NCBI GenBank assembly: GCA_963816145.1
Contig: CAWFJP010000003.1
Span: 32,001-96,000, forward strand
DNA from: an uncultured delta proteobacterium
GTDB lineage: Bacteria > Desulfobacterota > Binatia > UBA9968
Length of the DNA: 64,000 bases
Reading direction: 5' to 3'
In this document: piece by piece, positions 42,420 through 51,706 of the stretch
How the letters are laid out: each line of letters starts with the position of its first letter
How positions within the stretch are numbered: position 1 is the stretch's first letter
Made by a program: the position numbers and the translations under genes
The notes under the pieces: model-generated
Told to the model about the DNA's origin: nothing
The model's database searches: none
Seen by the model: only the letters and a program-made list of their open reading frames with translations

Positions 42420-43145
42420 ATGGTATTCACCAGCTGGCGCGGCGTAGTCGGGGTCGTCAAACCCACCCATCGGCCGGGATCGTTGGAAGAATTCATCCGC
42501 TTGATGCCGGAAGGCGTCGGCGTAGTGCCGGTGTACTTGGACTTCAAGCGTGGTACTGAGGACGAGTTCGGCTCGGCACTCAATGCGGTTCACGAAAAAG
42601 TCGCCGAGCTTGCCAAAGAGGGCGTCGACTTGATCCATCCTGAAGGCGCCCCGCCGTTCATGATACAAGGGTTCAAGGGCGAGGCGAAAATCACCAAGCA
42701 GTGGGAAGACGAATTCAAAATCCCCATTGTCACAGCGGCGCAGACCCAAGTCGAAGCGCTACGCGCGCTGGGCGTGAAAAAGTTCGTCGGCGTGACTTAC
42801 TTTGTCGGCAGCATCAACGATATGTTCACACGCTATTTCCAGGAGGCGGGTTTTGAAGTCCTGGCGATGGAGGGGATGAAGGTCGACTTCGCCGACGTTG
42901 GCCGTCTAGCTTCGACAGAAATCTACGGCCACACGCGCCAAGCCTTTCTCAAACATCCCGAAGCCGACGGCATCTATATGCTCGGCACCGGCTGGCGCTG
43001 TCTGGATATTATCCGCCTGCTCGAAGAAGATCTGCAGGTACCGGTCGTCCACGCTGTCCCGGCGCGCGTCTGGTCGGTGCAGAAGCGGCTGCACATCCGC
43101 CAGAAGGTTAAAGGATTCGGCAGGCTGCTCGAAGAGATGCCGTGA
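42420..43145 (+). CDS. Asp/Glu racemase / maleate isomerase / arylmalonate decarboxylase-fold protein lacking the canonical Cys residues
   Basis: GVVKP, GVDLI, IPIVTAAQ..VEALRALG, VTYF, GFEV, ADGIY, LEEDLQVPVV; both usual Cys positions are Gly (PEGAP, MLGTG). Confidence 0.75.
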   Translation: MVFTSWRGVVGVVKPTHRPGSLEEFIRLMPEGVGVVPVYLDFKRGTEDEFGSALNAVHEKVAELAKEGVDLIHPEGAPPFMIQGFKGEAKITKQWEDEFKIPIVTAAQTQVEALRALGVKKFVGVTYFVGSINDMFTRYFQEAGFEVLAMEGMKVDFADVGRLASTEIYGHTRQAFLKHPEADGIYMLGTGWRCLDIIRLLEEDLQVPVVHAVPARVWSVQKRLHIRQKVKGFGRLLEEMP

Positions 43146-43329
43146 CCTCCGAAGACTAAGGGTTCAAAGAATCCCAGTTCATTGACTGGTCAACGTCCAT
43201 TATTGAGAACCGAGCCTAGCCGCGAAAGGCGAACGATTGCGGCCCCACCAAGCTGGGACCTCGACCACCGGAGTGTCCAAAAGGTTGAGCGGATTTGTCC
43301 AGGTATTCACCAACCTCACATTAAACGAG

Positions 43330-43515
43330 AACGACAGGGGCATCGTCCGCGTCATCAGCGGACGTTCGCACAAACCGAGCGTCGTGACCCGCGGCGATGT
43401 GCTGTTCCTCAACGCCGGCAGCGCCGGGCCGAGGAGATTTAAGTTGCTGGTGACCGTTGCGCAACTAAACATTCAGCCCCAAACTTTGTGCTCAGAAATT
43501 GTCGAACTGCTTTAG
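43330..43515 (+). pseudogene. C-terminal remnant of a YfcE/MJ0936-type metallophosphoesterase
   Basis: VISGRSHKPS...LFLNAGSAGPRRFKL matches the GHSH and NPGSAGPRRF motifs with substitutions; the N-terminal DxH/GDxG motifs are absent. Confidence 0.65.
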
Positions 43516-43710
43516 TGAAGCTGTGACAATGCGACTAAACTCCAAGGTCCGCTAATAAGTAGCGGTTATAATTCTGATGATCGGTACGGGATAAATAAAG
43601 TGTGGTTAGCCCGGGTTTTTAGAAAAGAAAGTTAAGGAACCACGTGAGTTGGCCGTCTCTATTCTCCCGCGTCATTTCTGGGTTCTGCAAAGGGAAACCG
43701 GTTATCTGTA

Positions 43711-44706
43711 CTAAAACCTCCCTTCGCGGGCCAATTTTCTTGTGATGTCGTCGACAACCAAATCATCGGCCTTTAGGCGCCGTACTTTTTCGTTGCTGAC
43801 TCCGAGAAGTCGGATTCCGTTGCGAATCCCGTCAACACTCGGATAGATTTTCTTTTCATAGAGTCCGACAACGCGCCGATAGCCTTCTTCGGCATCTTCC
43901 GTCCGTGCCAGCCGAATCCCTTTGATCAAGCTTTTCAACACCTCCGGTTTATTTCCAGGATTGCGGATGAAATCAACGCTATCGAGTAGCGCTCGTAAGA
44001 CGTTTTCAATTGTCGAGGGTGATGAGGTGATGAAACTGCGCCGAACGATAATTCCCGATCCCTGATACGGAATGGGTAAGGCGCCTAGATCAGCTAGGAG
44101 GCGAAAACCCTTGTCCTGCACGAGCTTGCCGAAAGTGTAGCCCAGGTAGGCAGCGTCGACGATGCCAGTTAACAGTCCCTGGGCGATGACCGGTTGATCG
44201 CCCAGGGTTCGAATCTGGATTTTGTCCCGTTCAGGCGCCAGCTTCCAGTGATCCAGCGCGAGCATGGTGAATAACCATCCAGCACCGCTCAAGCTATTCA
44301 GGCCAATTATTTTACCCTTCAGCTCTAACGGATTGGATATCTTGGGATGCGCCATCACTGTGCCTGTGAGCTTATTGATAAACCCCGCCACAAAAACCAG
44401 ATCGGCACCTTCGGCGATTGCTCCGAGATTGGCGTTGGACATCGAGCCCCAGTGCATTTGCGATTCTCCGCTGCTCAGCGCGGCCGTACCGACGAGGCCA
44501 CTACGGACGTGCACCAGGGCCACATCGATACCGTATCGGCGAAAAAGACCTTGGTCTTGAGCGACATAGAGCGCCGCTTCACGCTCGGTTTGGGAACCTG
44601 TGGTGATGACGATATTCGTGATTGGCGTCGCTGCTTGGGCGAACTGATATCCGGAGACCAAAAGAGGGAAGAAGAGGGCTACGACAAAACTGAACGGCTT
44701 GACCAT
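43711..44706 (-). CDS. NMT1/THI5/SsuA-like ABC substrate-binding protein (orphan)
   Basis: Signal peptide, YVAQDQGLFRRYGIDV, ELKGKIIG, GFRLLADL. Confidence 0.88.
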   Translation of the reverse strand: MVKPFSFVVALFFPLLVSGYQFAQAATPITNIVITTGSQTEREAALYVAQDQGLFRRYGIDVALVHVRSGLVGTAALSSGESQMHWGSMSNANLGAIAEGADLVFVAGFINKLTGTVMAHPKISNPLELKGKIIGLNSLSGAGWLFTMLALDHWKLAPERDKIQIRTLGDQPVIAQGLLTGIVDAAYLGYTFGKLVQDKGFRLLADLGALPIPYQGSGIIVRRSFITSSPSTIENVLRALLDSVDFIRNPGNKPEVLKSLIKGIRLARTEDAEEGYRRVVGLYEKKIYPSVDGIRNGIRLLGVSNEKVRRLKADDLVVDDITRKLAREGRF

Positions 44707-44839
44707 AGTTGTTCTACCGTTGGTAATGGTAATCGATGGGGCGGTCAAAAGGCAACCGTGCCGCGGTCATGAATTGCAGCATCTCTTGAAGACATAACAG
44801 TGTCCTTGTAACATTCCTCCGGTTTGAGTTTTCGCTGGA

Positions 44840-46849
44840 ATGACATCTATGCCTACAAAACCAAATGACGCGGGCATTAGTCAAGATTTGGAGCTGCCGC
44901 TGGAACAGCGGAAGCTTCATGCGAAGTGTTTCCACCGGACTGGAATAATCAGTGAATTTGCCAAAGCCGACATTGAACAATCCGTAGACAATCGGTTCGA
45001 ACAGATTGTCGAGAGATATCCTGATCGGATCGCCGTCAAAACATCAAAACAATCTGTGTCCTATGCGGAACTCAACTTCATGGCCAATTGCGTGGCTGGC
45101 GCGATCGCGAAGCAACAAGAGCACCGGTCGGGCCCCGTGGGGATTTTATTTAACAGCGGATATGAACTGCTGGCGGCGATGCTGGGCGTATGGAAAGCGG
45201 GGAATACCGTTACCCTTTTGGACCCCATGTTGCCGAGCGCCAGGATTGCGGCGATGTTAGAAGAGTCCGAGGCTAATCCTCTAATTACTGACAAACAAAA
45301 TACTTCCTTAGCCCTGGACGCGGTGTCTATACACCGATTGTTGCAGTTTGAATCTATTGAACGATCCACCTGGCCTAAAAGTTTGCAGAGGCACCTCTCG
45401 CCCAAAGCATTCTCCTGCTTCGTTTATACGTCGGGTTCAACGGGCCAAGCAAAAGCGGTGATTTTGAGTCACCGAAACATGCTCCATCAGACAAGGCTGT
45501 TTACCAATGCATATCATCTGTGTCCGAATGACAGAATAGCCCTGTTGACTTCCGGCACCAGCAACACAGTTCACACTGCTCTATTGGCTTTGCTCAACGG
45601 TGCCACGCTTCTGCCATTTGATGTGCGACAAGAGGGCATAACCCGCGTTTCCGATTGGCTTGTCCGGGAGGAAATATCGATATGCCTGCTCAGCTCGCCG
45701 CTTTTTCGAAGCTTCTGTCAAACGTTGACGGGCAACGAGATGTTCTCCGATCTTAGACTCCTCCGTTTAAGGAGCGAAGCCGTTTATAAGAGAGACTTCG
45801 AGCTCTACAAAAAATACTTTCCCCGCCAATGTCTGTTAGCGAGCGGCCTGGCATCTACGGAAACAGGACTCTCGCGGAATTGTTTTTTCGATCACGACAG
45901 CGAAATCGCTGCTGATGAAGTTCCCGTGGGGTATGCGGTTGAGGATAAGGAGATAGAATTGCTAGATGTTGAAGGCAGGCGGGTTGGCTTCCACGAAATT
46001 GGCGAAATCGTCGTGCGCAGCCAATATCTTTCGCCTGGTTACTTGCGCCGACCTGATCTGACGGAAGCTAAATTCAGAGCGGATCCGCAAGGCGGAGAGA
46101 ACCGGCTATACTTCACGGGCGATTTGGGTCTGATGCTGCCTGATGGTTGTTTAATTCATAAGGGACGGAAAGATTTTCGCATCAAGATTCGCGGCTACGG
46201 AGTCGAAGTCGCCGAGGTGGAAAGGGCCCTGCGCGCCCATGCGGCAATCAGAGACGCTGTGGTGGTGGGACGAGACAAGAAATCGGCGGAGACGCAATTA
46301 GTTGCCTATTTCACCCTGGCACAACAGAGTAGTCCAAGCGTAAGTGAGCTGCGGGAATTCTTGGCTACATCGCTGCCCGCGTACATGATTCCTTCAGCCT
46401 TTGTTAAATTGGATGCTCTACCGCTAACCCCGCAGGGGAAAATCGCTCGGCGGGCGTTACCTGACCCTGAAAAGAGCCGGCCGGAATTAAGCGTTCCCTA
46501 CGTCGCGCCGCACAGCGACATGGAACTGCAACTCGCAAGAATCTGGAGTAATGTACTCAGCCTCGATCGAGTCGGTATCCATGATAATTTCTTCGACCTG
46601 GGGGGGCATTCGTTGGCAGCCACTCGGATAATTTCCCGGGTGGTCCAAACATTTCAATTTGAACTCCCCGTCAGGTCTCTCTTCGATGCACCGACAATCG
46701 CTGAAATGGCAGTCATCATCAGTCAGAACCAAAGCAAGCGGGCAAGCGACGCGGAGCTAGCACAGATGTTACGCGATGTGGAGACGATGACGGAGGAGGA
46801 GGCCCAGCGGCATGGGGAGGAAATGACTTCGACAATCTCCACCAAGTAA
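44840..46849 (+). CDS. Stand-alone NRPS-like adenylation-PCP didomain protein
   Basis: YTSGSTGQAKAV, YFTGDLG, GRKDFRIKIRGY, LPAYMIPS, PCP motif FFDLGGHSL. Confidence 0.9.
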   Translation: MTSMPTKPNDAGISQDLELPLEQRKLHAKCFHRTGIISEFAKADIEQSVDNRFEQIVERYPDRIAVKTSKQSVSYAELNFMANCVAGAIAKQQEHRSGPVGILFNSGYELLAAMLGVWKAGNTVTLLDPMLPSARIAAMLEESEANPLITDKQNTSLALDAVSIHRLLQFESIERSTWPKSLQRHLSPKAFSCFVYTSGSTGQAKAVILSHRNMLHQTRLFTNAYHLCPNDRIALLTSGTSNTVHTALLALLNGATLLPFDVRQEGITRVSDWLVREEISICLLSSPLFRSFCQTLTGNEMFSDLRLLRLRSEAVYKRDFELYKKYFPRQCLLASGLASTETGLSRNCFFDHDSEIAADEVPVGYAVEDKEIELLDVEGRRVGFHEIGEIVVRSQYLSPGYLRRPDLTEAKFRADPQGGENRLYFTGDLGLMLPDGCLIHKGRKDFRIKIRGYGVEVAEVERALRAHAAIRDAVVVGRDKKSAETQLVAYFTLAQQSSPSVSELREFLATSLPAYMIPSAFVKLDALPLTPQGKIARRALPDPEKSRPELSVPYVAPHSDMELQLARIWSNVLSLDRVGIHDNFFDLGGHSLAATRIISRVVQTFQFELPVRSLFDAPTIAEMAVIISQNQSKRASDAELAQMLRDVETMTEEEAQRHGEEMTSTISTK

Positions 46850-46867
46850 TTTGCAGTTGCCCGCCTT

Positions 46868-47589
46868 TTGTCGGCGTGTGAAATCTTCTCCACAATGTTT
46901 AGGCGAGATTTGCTTCAAGGCATCGTCGTCGAGTCGATCTACAACTGGTACTGGCTGGTCGACGGGTTGATGGATAAAGGGCACAAGCTTCATCTGGCCA
47001 ACACCGCCGCGATCCAGCAGTACGCGGGACTCAAGTACACCGACGACAACTCCGATGCTCGATGGCTCGCCCATATTCTAAGGCTCGGAGTTTTACCTCA
47101 AGGCTATTTCTATCCCAAACATGATCGAGCGGTGCGCGATCTTTTGCGCAAGCGCAGTCAAACGTTAAAGTACGAGGTGCTCAAACGCACGATGCGATCG
47201 GCAGGAGGGTGGGCGGAAGTGAAGTCCCAGAGGCGGCGTCTAAAGCCGCAACCGTCCGACGAGCGGGTCTTGGGAGGCGGAGAGTTCGTCGAGCGCATCT
47301 TGAGCCAGGCTGATAAGGAGGTGCAACGCCAGCAAGCGGCGCGCCGGCAGGGCGGACGGATCGAGCGGTTGATTGCCGCAATGTGTAAGGATAAGGGAGT
47401 CTCGCTGACCGAGCTCAGAAGTGGCAGCCGGCGCGGGGAACTCCCTCAAACTAGGGCTGCGTTGGTGGGCAAGTTGATCGAGGACTTCGGCGTCGCGGCC
47501 GCCGAGGTTGCACGCCAAGTGGGGATATCGACTTCCGGGGTTTCGAAGATATTGAGCCGACGTTTGTCCAACTAGTCAACAACGTCCCC
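46868..47589 (+). mobile_element. Chimeric transposase remnant: IS110 N-terminal (DEDD) fragment fused to the C-terminus of a Y1/RAYT-like transposase
   Basis: VVESIYNWYWLVD...HLAN...KYTDDNSDARWLA...RAVRDLLRKR resembles IS110. RSAGGWAEVK...SDERVLGGGEFVE...ELRSGSRR...AEVARQVGISTSGVSK resembles the Y1-transposase C-terminal HTH. Neither enzyme is complete. Confidence 0.72.
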
Positions 47590-47664
47590 ATGCTTTCCCC
47601 TAAGATTAGAGGTCGCTGGGTATACTCCTCTATACGCTTTCATCAAGGCACACGGCGATTCATC

Positions 47665-47730
47665 TGTCATTTCGAGGCGAGCCGAGAAATCTCTGCAAAC
47701 CCGAGATCTCTCACTTTGTTCGAGATGACA
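47665..47730. repeat. TGTCATTTCGAG...CGAGATGACA palindromic REP-like element
   Basis: Terminal inverted repeats TGTCATTTCGA / TCGAGATGACA with internal GAGAAATCT / AGATCTCTC. Confidence 0.7.
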
Positions 47731-47781
47731 GTCAATAGGGGAATTATAGGCGCTTCGCTGAATTTCCACCGCTGTAAGAAT

Positions 47782-48774
47782 TTAGAACTTTCCTTCCTTC
47801 TCCAGCTTCCTGACGAACCGGTCGTCGACTAAGTCCTCGGCTTTCAGCTTGCGGATCTTTTCATTGGTTTGCCCGAGCAGGCGAATGACATTGCGCACAC
47901 CGTCGACACGCGGGTAGATTTTCTTTTCGTAAATATTGGCGAGGGTGTCGTAGCCTTCCATCGCTTGTTCGACTTTTTGCAAGCGCAAACCCTTCATCAG
48001 ACTCTTCAGCACGGCCGGTTTATTTTCCGGCTTTTCGAGGAACTGCAACGCATCGATCATGCCTCGCAGGACGTTCTCGACGACCTCAGGGTTCGAGTTC
48101 ATGTAGCGCCGGGTCGTCATTATACCCGTGCTCTGGAATGGGATGGGCAGTTTGGAGAGGTCGCCGAGATTGGTGAAGCCCTTGTTGAGCAGCGGCGCGG
48201 AAAAGGTGTAGCCCAAATGCGTCGCTGCAACGGTGTCGTTGGCCAACGCCTGGCTGCGCACCGACTCGTCGCCGAGAATACGAAAGGTGATGCCGTCGCG
48301 CTTGGCGTCGAGGCCCCAATATTCGAGTGCGAGCGTGGTAAACATCCAACTGCCGCCGCTGGCGCTGGTGACCGCGATAGTTTTGCCTTTCAGGTCGGCG
48401 GGGGTTTTAATTTTCGGCGAGGCCATGATGTTGCCGATGAGTTTGTTGATGATACCGGCGACAAAGACGATATCCATGCCCTCGGCGGCGGAGCCGAGGG
48501 TGGCACCGGTGGCCGAGCCAGAATGGAAGTGCGTTTCACCCGATGCGAGGGCGGCCATGCCGACCGGGCCGCTACGCACGACGACAAACGACACCTCCAA
48601 ACCGTAGCGGCGAAAGAAACCCTGGTCCTGGGCCACGTAATTGACCGCATCGCGTTCGCTAAACGACCCGCTGGTCATGATGAGTTTGGTGATCGTTTGA
48701 GCACCGAAAGCGGGCGCAGCTGTGAACAGCAGAACGCAAAGAAGCAATCGCCGGAATATTCGATAAAGTGTCAT
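47782..48774 (-). CDS. NMT1/THI5/SsuA-like ABC substrate-binding protein (orphan), paralog of 43711..44706
   Basis: Signal peptide, YVAQDQGFFRRYGLEV, DLKGKTIAV; GGAGG RBS. Confidence 0.9.
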   Translation of the reverse strand: MTLYRIFRRLLLCVLLFTAAPAFGAQTITKLIMTSGSFSERDAVNYVAQDQGFFRRYGLEVSFVVVRSGPVGMAALASGETHFHSGSATGATLGSAAEGMDIVFVAGIINKLIGNIMASPKIKTPADLKGKTIAVTSASGGSWMFTTLALEYWGLDAKRDGITFRILGDESVRSQALANDTVAATHLGYTFSAPLLNKGFTNLGDLSKLPIPFQSTGIMTTRRYMNSNPEVVENVLRGMIDALQFLEKPENKPAVLKSLMKGLRLQKVEQAMEGYDTLANIYEKKIYPRVDGVRNVIRLLGQTNEKIRKLKAEDLVDDRFVRKLEKEGKF

Positions 48775-49028
48775 AAAGGACCTCCGCGACGCCGAGAGTA
48801 AAGTAAAGCTATGGCACGGTCAAGGCGAAACGCCGGTCGCGGATCGGTGTCATGATTATGAAGGGACAGATTTATCGCTGCGCGCGAAATGACAGAGCCT
48901 GAGTCGCGTTGCGGCGAACCCAGCGAGGCATCCCGCCCAACTGCGCCGCCAGGAAATTCCCTTAGGTTGGCGACCATGCTATAAAAGTGGATAGTCTCAA
49001 GCAGTCTTTATTAGAGCATGAGTCGACA

Positions 49029-49847
49029 ATGATCCTTGAACCGGAAAAATTTCGTAGTTTCGAATTAGCCGGCTGGCAGGAAATTCCTGCCGGTTACCAC
49101 GACGCCTTCGGTCCATTGACCGCGCAAGCGATCGAACCGCTGCTCGATGCCGTGCGGTTGAAGAAAGGCATGAGCTTTCTCGACATAGCCAGCGGGCCGG
49201 GCTATGTCGCAGCTGCTGCCGCCAAGCGCGGCGCCACCGTGCTCGGGGTCGATTTCTCGGCAGCGATGGTCGCCCATGCGCTGCAGTTGCAGCGTGGGGT
49301 GGAGTTTCGCGAAGGCGATGCCGAGGCGCTGCCTTGCGGTAATGGTTTATTCGACGCTGCGGCGATGAACTTCGGCATTCTTCATCTCGGCCAGCCGGAA
49401 AAGGCGCTCCTCGAAGCGCACCGGGTTCTGCGCGCGGGCGGTCGCTTCGCGTTCTCGGTATGGGCCAAATCAGAAGAGACCATCGGCTTTGGCATTGTCC
49501 TGCGAGCCGTGGAACTTCACGGCGAGCCGCGCGTCGAGCTGCCGGAAGGGCCGCCGTTCTTTCGCTACAGCGACCCTGAAGAGTGCAAGCGCGGTTTGAT
49601 CGTCGCCGGCTTTGATTCGCCCAGCGTCGCCAAGGTTCATCAAGTCTGGCGCTTGCCAGCCGGCGACGGCTTGTTCAATGCCATGAAGGAGAGCACGGTC
49701 CGCACGGCCGGTTTGCTGCGCGCGCAGAAGCCGTCGGTGTTGGCAAAAATTCGCGATGAGATGCGCAACGCTTTGGGAAAGTACACCAAGGGCGATGTTG
49801 TTGAGTTACCGATGCCAGCGTGGGTGGCGTCAGGGGTGAAGGCTTAA
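49029..49847 (+). CDS. Class I SAM-dependent methyltransferase
   Basis: LDIASGPG, GVDFS, GDAEALP, RVLRAGGRF. Confidence 0.9.
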   Translation: MILEPEKFRSFELAGWQEIPAGYHDAFGPLTAQAIEPLLDAVRLKKGMSFLDIASGPGYVAAAAAKRGATVLGVDFSAAMVAHALQLQRGVEFREGDAEALPCGNGLFDAAAMNFGILHLGQPEKALLEAHRVLRAGGRFAFSVWAKSEETIGFGIVLRAVELHGEPRVELPEGPPFFRYSDPEECKRGLIVAGFDSPSVAKVHQVWRLPAGDGLFNAMKESTVRTAGLLRAQKPSVLAKIRDEMRNALGKYTKGDVVELPMPAWVASGVKA

Positions 49848-49895
49848 ATTAAGCCCGTTCAAAACGTTTTCCGGATAGATCGGACAGTTCCAATC

Positions 49896-49976
49896 CGTCA
49901 TGCCAGTGAAAAACGGTATCCATCTTCGGTTTCGATTACTTACGAACCGTGGATACCGGCTTTCGCCGGTATGACG
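49896..49976. repeat. CGTCATGCC...CCGGTATGACG REP-like doublet
   Basis: CGTCATGCCAGTGAAAAACGGTATCCA ... TGGATACCGGCTTTCGCCGGTATGACG, between convergent genes. Confidence 0.75.
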
Positions 49977-49999
49977 AGTGGGAGGCGTTTATCGCGTCG

Positions 50000-51199
50000 T
50001 TAACTGACCGCCTTTTCGTTTTCGATGTCAGGGATCGGAGTAGGAAATTCAAATTCCTCAGTGCTCGCGTTTTCCAGTCCGTAGCGGACCAATTCGTTCA
50101 CATCCAACTTCGATTCATCGGATTCGACCTCGTCGAATCGCGCCTTGGTTGCGGGGTGTTTGGGGACGAACAGTTGGCAGCAGTCCTGGTCGGGGATCGA
50201 GGAAGTCTCAAAGGTGCCGATACGGCGCGCTTGGTCGACGATCTCTTGCTTGTCCATTCCCACTAGCGGTCGCAGGATCGGCAGGGTGACAGCCTGTTGA
50301 ATCACGGTCATGTTTTCCAGCGTCTGCGACGCCACCTGGCCGAGACTTTCGCCGGTAACCAAGGCGCGGGCTTTTTCTTTACGCGCGATGCGTTCGCCGA
50401 TGCGCAGCATCATGCGTCGGTACAGGACGACGCGCAGCGGCCGCGCCACGGCGGCGACGATTTGGCGTTGGATCTCGCCGAAGGGAACCATGTAGAGCCG
50501 CGATTGAAACTGGTGGCGGGTCAGCAGCTTGACCAGCTTGCGCACTTTGTCCTGGGAAGTCTTGTCCTGATAGGGCGCGCTGTGAAAGTGCACGAAGATC
50601 ACCCGGCAGCCGCGCTGCATCATGCGATAGGCCGCCACCGGCGAGTCGAAGCCGCCGGAGATCAGCGACAGCAACCGTCCGCTGGCGCCGACCGGCAAAC
50701 CGCCGGCGCCGGGTAATTTATTGAAACCGAAAAAGGTATCCTTCGGCAGGATTTCGACATAGACGGTGAATTCCGGATTGGTGAGATCGACCCGAGCGCC
50801 TGACTTTTCCTGAACGGCTGCGCCGAGTTGGCGATTGATCTCTGGCGAATTCAGCGGGAAGTTCTTGTCGCCGCGTTGGGTATCGATACGGAAGCTGGAG
50901 AAATGCGCGCCATTGAGTCCTGCCAGGATTTGGCTGCGCAGTTGGTCAATATCGCGCTCGCTGCGCTGGACTAGAGAAAAGTTGGCGATGCCGAAGACGC
51001 TGGAGATGCGTTCGCTTAACGTCTGGGGCTCGATTTCGTTGCGAAAAGTCAAAACTAGGCGGGCCGGCAAACTGCGGATTTCCTTGGCGCCCAAATCTTT
51101 GACCGACGCGAGGATATTACGCTTGAGCATCTCAGTAAAATAAGCCCGGTTGCCCTTTTTGAGAGCGATTTCGTGATAGCGGATCAGAACGGAGTCCAT
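50000..51199 (-). CDS. thiI: tRNA 4-thiouridine synthase ThiI (short form, no rhodanese domain)
   Basis: RYHEIALKKGNR, THUMP domain, GGLPVG, PP-loop SGGFDS, TGESLGQVASQT, DCC. Confidence 0.95.
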   Translation of the reverse strand: MDSVLIRYHEIALKKGNRAYFTEMLKRNILASVKDLGAKEIRSLPARLVLTFRNEIEPQTLSERISSVFGIANFSLVQRSERDIDQLRSQILAGLNGAHFSSFRIDTQRGDKNFPLNSPEINRQLGAAVQEKSGARVDLTNPEFTVYVEILPKDTFFGFNKLPGAGGLPVGASGRLLSLISGGFDSPVAAYRMMQRGCRVIFVHFHSAPYQDKTSQDKVRKLVKLLTRHQFQSRLYMVPFGEIQRQIVAAVARPLRVVLYRRMMLRIGERIARKEKARALVTGESLGQVASQTLENMTVIQQAVTLPILRPLVGMDKQEIVDQARRIGTFETSSIPDQDCCQLFVPKHPATKARFDEVESDESKLDVNELVRYGLENASTEEFEFPTPIPDIENEKAVS

Positions 51200-51284
51200 G
51201 CACGAGAACTAACAGATTCAACCGGCTTTTGCATGCCGTCGACCCTATGGTAGTATCGGCGGCAGCAATCAAGAGGAGTGATCC

Positions 51285-51611
51285 ATGAGCAACTTCAAAA
51301 AACTATCCGATGCCAAGAGCTTTTCGGCGGATAAGATGAAAAAGAATAGCGTCTTCGAAACTGAGCACTTTTTCTGCGATACTTATTGTTTCGAACCCGG
51401 ACAGGAGCAGAAGCCGCACACCCACGCTCATGAAGACAAAGTCTATTACGTGCTCGAAGGGCGCGGTTCCTTTAACGTCGGTTCTGAAGAACGTGAACTG
51501 GGAGCAGGGGAGATCGCCCTGGCGCCGGCCGGGCAGAGCCATGGAGTAGCCAACCGCAGCCAGTCGCGTCTAGTGACTTTGGTCTTCGTGACGCCGAAGC
51601 CACATCATTAA
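51285..51611 (+). CDS. Cupin-domain protein
   Basis: PGQEQKPHTH..EDKVYYVLEG...PAGQSHG; GAGGAG RBS. Confidence 0.88.
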   Translation: MSNFKKLSDAKSFSADKMKKNSVFETEHFFCDTYCFEPGQEQKPHTHAHEDKVYYVLEGRGSFNVGSEERELGAGEIALAPAGQSHGVANRSQSRLVTLVFVTPKPHH

Positions 51612-51706
51612 GCCGTAGCTGGCGGTTCAAGGTTCCAGGTTCAATGTCAATTCGGAGCAAAACTTCACCGTATGACGTTCGTGTGTGCGGCTGAATGAGG
51701 AAGATC

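Noticed and set aside
46868-47575. Active IS110 element with a bridge RNA
   Set aside because: The recombinase is truncated at both ends and no non-coding end region can be identified.
25086-48801. Long antisense or alternate-frame ORFs (e.g. 25086..25970, 37333..38400, 41105..42073, 47869..48801)
   Set aside because: They are shadows of well-supported genes in GC-rich DNA and have no motifs or RBS.
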